Below, one piece after another: positions 17,626-25,040 of a stretch of DNA of 36,256 nucleotides. Below the pieces are notes generated by a model that was not told where the DNA came from, searched no databases, and worked only from the letters and a program-made list of their open reading frames with translations. The stretch covers positions 1-36,256 of the forward strand of contig CAVTNR010000026.1 of assembly GCA_963736115.1 (NCBI GenBank), in the 5' to 3' direction. This stretch comes from an uncultured bacterium. GTDB lineage: Bacteria > Zhuqueibacterota > QNDG01 > DTFT01. Every line of letters begins with the position of its first letter. Position 1 is the stretch's first letter. Position numbers and translations under genes: made by a program.

Positions 17626-18075
17626 CCCCGCGAAAGCGGGGATCCAGTGGAAGGGCGGGGACGGGCCTGAGTCACATTGGGCTTTATTCCGATTCCCGGA
17701 TCCACCAACCCCTCATACAAATCCTCCCACTCCGGATTCTCCGCCTCGATCAATTCGACCTTCCATTTCCGTTCCCACTTTTTGAGCTGCTTCTCCCTCG
17801 CGAGCGCGCTCAGGATGTCGTCCGTCTGCTCATGGTAAACCAGACGGTGAACGTGGTATTTTTTGGTGAAACCCTCCACCGCATCCGTCCGGTGCTCGTG
17901 CACCCTGCGGACGAGGTCGTTCGTGATGCCGACATACAGGGTGCCGTACCTTTGGCTGGCCATGATGTAGACGTAATAACTTTTCATGGACTCCTCCCTA
18001 AAAAGGAAAAGACTGGATCCCCGTCCGCTGGCGCGGGTGAAAAAGACTGGATCCCCGCTTGCGCGGGGATGACAT
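17619..18075. mobile_element. GIY-YIG-carrying element bounded by 30-bp inverted REP-like repeats
   Basis: Left ATGTCATCCCCGCGAAAGCGGGGATCCAGT (17619-17648). Right (18046-18075) reverse-complements to ATGTCATCCCCGCGCAAGCGGGGATCCAGT (29/30 identical). Each repeat is itself a hairpin. No clear target-site duplication. Confidence 0.75.
17622..17987 (-). CDS. Small GIY-YIG nuclease family protein
   Basis: YYVYIMAS..YGTLYVGITNDLVRRV.EH...FTKKY.V.RLVYHE...A..REKQLKKW.R.WK..LIE..NP.W.DL; GGAGG RBS. Confidence 0.95.
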   Translation of the reverse strand: MKSYYVYIMASQRYGTLYVGITNDLVRRVHEHRTDAVEGFTKKYHVHRLVYHEQTDDILSALAREKQLKKWERKWKVELIEAENPEWEDLYEGLVDPGIGIKPNVTQARPRPSTGSPLSRG

Positions 18076-18101
18076 TAATAAATAACCGGTCATTAAAAAT
18101 T

Positions 18102-19287
18102 CTAAAATGACTGGGAACCTGTTTTCCCCAGCATCCTCCCGAACCCGAGTGCGGCTCCGCCCTGCCTTTTCCGCACGGCCTCCACCGCGGCCACGAGTCT
18201 CTCCTCGCGCGAATCCGCGGCCGCGTCGAACAGCTCGAGCTGGGCCGTCGGGGCCGCGAGATCGGTCAGGGTGAGCGACAGGTACCGGACGGCCTGGCGC
18301 CTGGCATTGGTCCTGAGAAACAGGGGCTCGAGCAGCCGGAACAGCGCCGGGTCCACGGCCGTGGGCCTTTCGATCGACAGCCTGCGGGTGGCGTCCATGC
18401 CGTCGCTGTACCGGACATGCACCCAGGCCGTGGACGGCAGAAGGTTCCTGGCGCGGAGCTTCAGGCACGCGGCCTCGGTCATGCCGTACAGCACGGACAG
18501 GAGCTTCGCGTCGTCGTTCGTGTCCTCCGCGAGCGTCTCCTCCTCCAGCACAAAGGGCTTGCTCTCCGGGGCGCGGACCGGCGCCTCGTCAATGCCCAAC
18601 GCCTGGCGGTGGAGCACCAGGCCTGTCCTTCCGAATACGGCCGCGAGCTGGGCCTGGGGCACGCCCGCCAGCTGCTGGATGACGCGGATGTTGAATTCCG
18701 ACAGCAGGCTGGCCTCGGCGCGCCGCCGCACCGCGGGCAGGAGCCGCACCCGGAGCGGCGCGAGAAAAGACGCCTCATTTCCGGCCGGCACCCGGCAGAC
18801 GCCCGCCGGCCGGGCGGATGATCCGGCTGGCGACCCCGCTCACCAGCTTGTTCGAGGCCAGGCCCACCGTGCCTTCGAACCGGACGGTTTCCCCGACGTC
18901 GGCCAGGATGCGGCGCGCCGCGTCCGGACCGCCGCCGAACAGCCGGTCCGTTCCCGAAAGGTCCGCGTGGAACCGGCCCCATCAGCCCGGCTCCACGGAC
19001 GGCGAATACCGGCCGAGCACCTTGGCCACTGCTGCCGCGGCCCTGCGGTACAGGGGGTCGTCCGGCGGCAGGATGACAAGCCCGGGACAGCGCTTGAGCG
19101 CCTCGGTGACCGGCAGGCCGTCGTAGACTCCCTCGGCCCGCGCCTCAGCGGACGCGGAGAAGATCACGGACCTGGGCGAGTGCCGCGGGCACACGGCCAC
19201 CGGACGGCGGCGGAGGGAGGGATTCCGGATCCGCTCCACCGCGGCCGGGAAGGCGTCAATGCGGAGATGCAGTATGCTGCGGAGCAT
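18102..19287 (-). pseudogene. imuB: ImuB/DinB-like Y-family polymerase homologue with an in-frame TGA (18982-18984) and a +1 frameshift (~18803)
   Basis: MLRSILHLRIDAFPAAVE...RPVAV...SASAEARAEGV..G.P..EALKRCP; reading continues past the TGA as WGRFHADLSGTDRLFG...VGLASNKLVS, then shifts frame to VPAGNEASFLAPL...QLELFD (clamp-binding motif). DinB catalytic acidic residues are missing. Confidence 0.85.
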
Positions 19288-19358
19288 GGCTGTGCTTGAA
19301 ATGAAACAATGATAGAGGAAGACGTCAAGAAACCAGTGCCCGGCGGGAAGCCGGGCAC

Positions 19359-19417
19359 AAAAAGACTGGATCCACGTTCGCTGACGCGGATGAAAAAGAC
19401 ACTTACGCGGGGAGGAC
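19359..19417. repeat. Degenerate direct copy of the repeat at 18007-18073
   Basis: AAAAGACTGGATCCACGTTCGCTGACGCGGATGAAAAAGAC..CTTACGCGGGGAGGAC versus AAAAGACTGGATCCCCGTCCGCTGGCGCGGGTGAAAAAGAC...CTTGCGCGGGGATGAC. Confidence 0.85.
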
Positions 19418-19469
19418 GTGTATCTCAATCCATCCCGTGCGTCAGCTTAAAGACCCTTGAAAGGTTGAA

Positions 19470-19502
19470 CCCCCGCTCCCGGATCAAACCCGGGAGCGGG
19501 GG
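19470..19502. repeat. GC-rich hairpin between lexA and imuB (REP-like)
   Basis: CCCCCGCTCCCGG-ATCAAAC-CCGGGAGCGGGGG. The loop resembles the reverse complement of the CCGGACTTGATCCGG core at 8014-8032. Confidence 0.6.
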
Positions 19503-19552
19503 ATAACATCTATATCAACCTGCTCTACGGATCGACAAAGTTGTTTTTCCCC

Positions 19553-20152
19553 TCACCGGTAATTCCGCATCAGCCCCACGACAATGCCGCGGATGCGGAA
19601 CTCGCCCTCGTGCACGAATATGGAATCCATGTCCGGGTTCGCGGGCCTGAGCTCGATGCCGTCGGTCCAGCGGTAGTACTTCTTCACCGTGGCGTCTCCG
19701 TCCACCAGCGCGACCACGGTCTGTCCGTTCTCCGCGACCTTCTGGCTCCGCACCACGATGGTGTCGCCGTCGAATATGCCCTCTTCGATCATGGACTGGC
19801 CGGCCACGCGGAGCGCGAAATACTCGCCGGACCCCACCATCTCCTCGGGCACGGCCACGGTCTCGGCCGTTTCCACCGCTTCTATGGGCCGGCCCGCGGC
19901 CACGGTGCCGGACAGGGGCAGAATGACGTTCTTGCCGCCCATTTCCACGAGCGTCAGACTGCGTTTCTGGTTTTTGGCAGGCATGCGCAGGACCCCCTTG
20001 CGTTCGAGCTGTTTCAGGTGCTTCTGCACGGACTGAAAGGACGCGAACCCGAAATACCGCCGGATCTCGTCATAGGACGGGGCCCGGTCGGTGTTTTCCA
20101 TGTACTCCCGGATGAAGGCGTACACGGCCTGCTGTTTTTCGGTAAGGCTCAT
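19553..20152 (-). CDS. lexA: LexA SOS repressor
   Basis: N-terminal LT.KQ....FI.......PS..EI...FG..S...V..HL..LE.KG; cleavage site VAAG.PI; catalytic G.SM and ATVK. Confidence 0.96.
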   Translation of the reverse strand: MSLTEKQQAVYAFIREYMENTDRAPSYDEIRRYFGFASFQSVQKHLKQLERKGVLRMPAKNQKRSLTLVEMGGKNVILPLSGTVAAGRPIEAVETAETVAVPEEMVGSGEYFALRVAGQSMIEEGIFDGDTIVVRSQKVAENGQTVVALVDGDATVKKYYRWTDGIELRPANPDMDSIFVHEGEFRIRGIVVGLMRNYR

Positions 20153-20157
20153 GGCAA

Positions 20158-20186
20158 AATATAGGTATAAATAAGGTATAAGTCAA
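20158..20186 (-). promoter_or_regulatory. lexA promoter with a direct-repeat candidate operator; probably leaderless mRNA
   Basis: Minus strand TTGACT, 17 bp, TATATT, then 5 nt to the ATG with no Shine-Dalgarno. The spacer region reads TATACCT-TATT-TATACCT. Confidence 0.7.
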
Positions 20187-20352
20187 GAGGATTTTCACTC
20201 ATTACAGTCATTCGTTTTCAGACATATGTATTTGTTTTTATTGTGATTCTACAACTCGCAGCTTCATGGCCCCGGGCAATCTAACCCTTTTTGTCCCCGC
20301 TCCGGGAAACGGACGCCGGCATGTGGCCGGCGACAACCGCCTCAATAACCGG

Positions 20353-20381
20353 TTGACAATTTCATTAAAATTCGGTAATTT
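20353..20381 (+). promoter_or_regulatory. Putative sigma70 promoter of the cytochrome gene
   Basis: Perfect TTGACA, 17 bp, TAATTT in an AT-rich patch; GGAGG RBS at 20424-20428. Confidence 0.5.
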
Positions 20382-20432
20382 TTAATATTACCCCGCCCGG
20401 AATTTCATCCGTTACGACAGCCCGGAGGCCCC

Positions 20433-21794
20433 ATGAACACCACGATCATCGCCATCCTCCTCGCCTGGAACGATCTCGGCATGCACTGCGCGAACAAGGA
20501 CTTCCAGAATATGGCGGTCCTGCCGCCCTACAACAACCTGACGGCCCAGGTCATCCTGAAGGGCGACGCTTCGAAAAAGCCCGCCCTGCTGACCGACGGG
20601 GTCCTCGTCACATACGAAATCCCCGGGAACACGTACTCCGTCGGCAAAACCAACTTCTGGAGCTACGAGGACAAACTCTTCGGCGTCAATCTACCCGATA
20701 ATGTCGGTCTCACGGGAAACGGCCTGACCGGCGTCATGTCCTTCAGGGACGGCGCGTTCCGCGCGGAGGGCATTCCGATCACACCGTACACCGACGCCGA
20801 CCTCGCGAACGAGGACCCCTACCAGCAGGCCATGGTTCGGCTCTTCGATTCCGGCGGCGGGGAAGCCGCTTCCACCCGTCCGGTCGTTCCGGTCTCGAAC
20901 GAAATCAACTGCGTGAGCTCGAAGTGCCATTCGTCCGAGATGGACATTCTCAACGAACACGAGAACGAGGATGGATTCAACCCCGCCAACCGGCCCCTGC
21001 TCTGCGCGTCCTGCCACGCCTCCAACGCGCTCGGCACGACCGGAAAGGGCGAGGCGCCGCCCCTGTCGCAGGCCATCCACGGAAAACACGGATCGAAGAC
21101 CGACGATTGTTACCAATGCCATCCCGGCAACAACACCAAATGCCTGCGCGACGTCATGTATTCCCAGGGATTGAGGTGCCAGACGTGCCACGGGAGCGTC
21201 GCGAACGTGGCGGCCACTGTATCTCGGGGCCGCAGGCCTTGGCTGGATGAACCCCGCTGCGGTGAATGCCACGGCTCCGTTTTCTCGGAGGAACCGGCGA
21301 AGCTGTACCGGCAGTCCAAGGGCCACGGGGGACTTTACTGCAGCGCGTGCCACGGCTCGCCCCACGCCATTCAGCCGACGATCATCGAGCGGGACAACAG
21401 CCAGAACATCGCTTTGCAGGGATTCTCGGGTCCGCTCCGCGACTGCACGGTGTGTCACGGCGTGAATCCGCCGGCGGCCGGACCGCACGGACGGATGGCG
21501 AGCGGAGTTTCGGACCGCGACCGCGGGCCCGAAACGGCCGGACTGGAGCAGAATTATCCCAATCCGTTCAATCCTGCCACGACGATCCCTTTCAGAGTCG
21601 TAAAATCCGGCCGCGTCCGTCTCGAGGTTTTCAACGCCCGGGGAGAAAGGACGGCGGTACTGGTGAACGCGGTCCTCTCACCCGGCGAATACAGGGTCCC
21701 GTTCAGCGGAGACGGATTGGCGTCCGGCATCTATTCGTACCGGTTGACCGCGGACGGCGGGACTTTGGTCGGGCGGATGTCCATCGTGAAATGA
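20433..21794 (+). CDS. Multiheme c-type cytochrome with C-terminal T9SS-type/FlgD-Ig sorting domain
   Basis: Six CxxCH motifs (CASCH, CYQCH, CQTCH, CGECH, CSACH, CTVCH) plus CVSSKCH; N-terminal WNDLGMHC...VLPPYN; C-terminal LEQNYPNPFNP.TTI.F...V.L.VFN..G...LASGIY.YRL. Confidence 0.9.
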   Translation: MNTTIIAILLAWNDLGMHCANKDFQNMAVLPPYNNLTAQVILKGDASKKPALLTDGVLVTYEIPGNTYSVGKTNFWSYEDKLFGVNLPDNVGLTGNGLTGVMSFRDGAFRAEGIPITPYTDADLANEDPYQQAMVRLFDSGGGEAASTRPVVPVSNEINCVSSKCHSSEMDILNEHENEDGFNPANRPLLCASCHASNALGTTGKGEAPPLSQAIHGKHGSKTDDCYQCHPGNNTKCLRDVMYSQGLRCQTCHGSVANVAATVSRGRRPWLDEPRCGECHGSVFSEEPAKLYRQSKGHGGLYCSACHGSPHAIQPTIIERDNSQNIALQGFSGPLRDCTVCHGVNPPAAGPHGRMASGVSDRDRGPETAGLEQNYPNPFNPATTIPFRVVKSGRVRLEVFNARGERTAVLVNAVLSPGEYRVPFSGDGLASGIYSYRLTADGGTLVGRMSIVK

Positions 21795-21830
21795 CGGCCT
21801 CCAGGCCCGCGAATAGTAAATTGGACAGAC

Positions 21831-21857
21831 GGCGGGATTCTCATCCCGCCTTTTTTT
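21831..21857 (+). terminator. Rho-independent terminator
   Basis: GGCGGGAT-TCTC-ATCCCGCC followed by T7. Confidence 0.9.
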
Positions 21858-22033
21858 ATTTGGCTTTCAGGAATCTTGACGCCGCCGGACTGATGAAATC
21901 CCGGCTGATCTTCTGATCGCGGATTATCCGTCCGCGGGTTCCGCCGCTTGCTTTTTGTCCGGTTTCTCGTTAATTTATCAAATGAGGCGCGCATCGAGAG
22001 CCGCGCCCGTTTCATCTATTATGGGGAGAAAAA

Positions 22034-24849
22034 ATGAAAAACGTCCTGATTCCGATTCTCCTGACCGGATTGCTGATGTCCGGCTGTACACAGAAAAAGA
22101 CTGAAGTCCGTCCGATCCCGAACGGCGCGGAACTGGGACTGGCCGGCTCCACAGTCCGCGTCCAGTTCTACACGGACAACACCATCCGCGTGACGAAACG
22201 GCCTGCCGGAACCGAGGCCCCGGAACGGCGGAGCTTCTGCGTCGTTCAGGAACCGGCTTCAGGCCTTGACATCCGCACCGAGGATAAGGGCGCATCCATT
22301 GTCCTGCGTTCCGGAGCGGCTTCGGTAACCATATCCAAATCCGATGGAAACGTGGAATTCTCCGGTCCGGACGGACGCGTCCTGATCTCGGAAAAAGGCC
22401 GGCCCAAGTTCGATCCAGCCGTTTACAGCGGCGACTCGGCCTTCCACGTGCGGCAGGACTTCCGCATCTCCAAAAAAGACGGCGTGTACGGGCTGGGACA
22501 GCACCAGGACGGGCTGATGAATTACCGCGGTCATTCCGTGACTTTGGCCCAGTCGAACACCGAGGCGTCGACTCCGGTTTTCGTCTCCACCGGCGGATAC
22601 GGCCTTCTGTGGGACAATGCGTCAAAGACCGTGTTCTCTTTCCCGGGCGGTAAAGTCTCCATTGAATCGGATTTCGGAGACCGCGCGGATTATTACGTGT
22701 TCGTCGCGAAGGACATGGACGGCATCATCGCCGCGTACCGGAATCTCACCGGTCCCGCGCCGATGTACGGCAAATGGGCCTACGGCTACTGGCAGAGCCG
22801 GGAGCATTACGATAACCGCGGCCAGATCATGACCGTCGCCGAGGAGTACCGCAGACGCCGCATTCCCATCGACAATATCATCCAGGACTGGGATTACTGG
22901 AACGGAGCGGCGAACTGGGGCGGCATGTTCTTCGATGCCATGCTCTTCCCCCGGCCGAAGGAAATGGTGGAACGCCTGCACAAGATGAACTATCATATGA
23001 TGATCTCGATATGGCCCGCGCTCGGCCCGGCCACCGCGATCCACAAAGACATGGCCGCGAACGGATTCCTGTACGCGCCGGTCGGGATGGGCGGGATTCA
23101 AGTATTATGACGCCTTCAACCCCGCGGCCAACGACCTTTACTGGAAATATCTGAAGCGAGGGCCTTGTTTCCACGGGCATAGACGCCTGGTGGATCGATT
23201 CCACCGAGCCGGATGTGGTGAACGCATTGACCAAGCCTTCCTCGGAATACGAGTTGAAGAAGATGGGAAGCAATTACGCAGGATCGTGGGCGCGGACCCT
23301 GAACGCCTTTTCGCTCGTCATGACGGACGCGGTTTACACAAAACTGAAGGCGGAAACGGACCGGAAACGGCCCTACATACTCACCCGCTCCACTTTCGCG
23401 GGCCAGCAGCGCAACGCGGCCACCACATGGTCCGGAGACATCGGCGCGAACTGGGATGTGTACCGCAAACAGATTTCCGCGGGCCTGAACCACTGCATGG
23501 CCGGCATCCCCTACTGGACATTCGACATCGGCGCGTTCGTCATCGGCGCGTACGGCGGCGTGTTTCACAAGGGCGGAAAGGACCCGGCCTACCAGGAGCT
23601 CTACACCCGAATGTTTCAGTTCGGCGCGTTCTGCCCCATTTTCCGCTCGCACGGTTCCGAGACGCCGCGCGAGATATGGGAAATGGGCGACTTCGCCGAT
23701 ATCCTCGTCCGGTACGACAACCTTCGCTACCGCCTCCTGCCGTACATTTACTCCATGGCCTGGAAGGTGACGTCGGACGGGTACACGATGATGCGCGGCC
23801 TGGCCATGGACTTCCCGGCAGACGTCCGGACGCACGCGATCGACGACCAGTTCATGTTCGGCCCGGCCTTCATGGCGTGCCCGGTGACGGAATACATGCT
23901 GCACCGGCCGCCTGAGCCGACCGTACCGGTTCCTGCGGATGTCTTCCGGACGCCCGAGGGCAAAAACGGCCTGAAGGCGCAGTACTACAAAGACGCGGAA
24001 TACCGGACGCTCGGAATCGAGACAACGGACCGGAACGTGGACGTGTTCTGGTACACGGGCCGGCCGGATTACGTGACGGACTCGTGTTTCGCGATACGCT
24101 GGACCGGAAAGCTGGTGCCGCAGGAAGAGGGCGTGCACCAGTTCCACCTGAAGAGCTTCGACGCTAAACGCCTCATCATCGACGGCGGCGCGGTGCCGAT
24201 CGCATACACCAGCACGGAGCAATACACCGCACTCGTGGACCTGAAAGCCGGCCGGCGCTACAATTTCGTTCTTGAGACGGAAAACCGCTCAACCGGCGCG
24301 GCGCGCATGCAATTGTTCTGGAAGACACCGAAAATGTTCGGACTGGAATCGGAGACAGAAGAAAGGAAGAAAACCCGGACCGTGTACCTGCCCGCCGGTT
24401 CCGCATGGACGGATTTCTGGACGGGGGAAACGTCCGCGGGCGGCGTTGAAATCGAAACGGACGCGCCGGTCGAAAAAATGCCTGTGTTCGTCAGGGCCGG
24501 ATCCATCGTGCCGATGGGGCCGTTTATACAGTATTCGGACGAGAAGCCCGCGGATCCGCTGGAGATCCGGATCTATCCCGGAGCGGACGGATCCTTTACA
24601 TTATATGAGGACGAGAACGACAACCAGAATTACATCCGGGGCGTGTACGCGACCATCGATTTCGCCTGGGACGACGCTGGCCGGAAGCTGACCGTGTCCG
24701 GCCGTAAGGGATCCTTCCCGGGCATGCTGAAGGAACGGACCTTGCAGGTCGTGCTTGTCGGAAAGGACCACGGGACCGGCGTGGACGTGACGCCCGAACC
24801 GGACCGGACGATTACGTTTGACGGCAAAGAGCAGGTCATTCGGTTATAA
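22034..24849 (+). CDS. GH31 alpha-xylosidase-like lipoprotein with PA14 insert and DUF5110-like C-terminus; split by two +1 frameshifts (~23085, ~23161)
   Basis: Lipobox LMSGC; YGLGQHQ, WAYGYWQSREHY, IPIDNIIQDW; bridging peptide WAGFKYYDAFNPAANDLYWKYL; nucleophile WWIDSTEP, WSGDI, WTFDIG, QFGAFCPIFRSHG. Confidence 0.9.
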
Positions 24850-24863
24850 ACCTCCTGTTTTCC

Positions 24864-24892
24864 GTAGGGGCGAGGCGCCGCCTCGTTCCTAC
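24864..24892. repeat. GTAG-type REP palindrome
   Basis: GTAGGGGCGAGGC-GCC-GCCTCGTTCCTAC directly after the GH31 stop. Confidence 0.7.
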
Positions 24893-24932
24893 GATGAATA
24901 ATCATGCTACCATTTTTATCCCGGGCTGAAAC

Positions 24933-24962
24933 CGACCCCGGGGTCCCTGGACCCCGGGGTCG
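24933..24962. repeat. Perfect palindrome built from two GACCCCGGGGTC units
   Basis: CGACCCCGGGGTCC-CT-GGACCCCGGGGTCG. Confidence 0.75.
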
Positions 24963-25040
24963 TTCCGCTTTCCTTGCATTTCTCCCATGAAAACCGTAAT
25001 TTGATACAGGATAACAGGGGAACTCGCCCCGGGAGAAATC

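Noticed and set aside
18982-18984. TGA in imuB read as selenocysteine or as an alternative genetic code
   Set aside because: Neighbouring genes end in TGA, the position is not a Cys site, and no convincing SECIS is evident.
17619-19502. Repeats around GIY-YIG and imuB as a CRISPR array or classical IS
   Set aside because: No regular repeat-spacer period, no cas or transposase gene, and no clear target duplication.
21884-21945. CTGATGA followed by hairpins, resembling a hammerhead ribozyme core
   Set aside because: There is no stem II between CTGATGA and a separate GAAA, so the core cannot be assembled.
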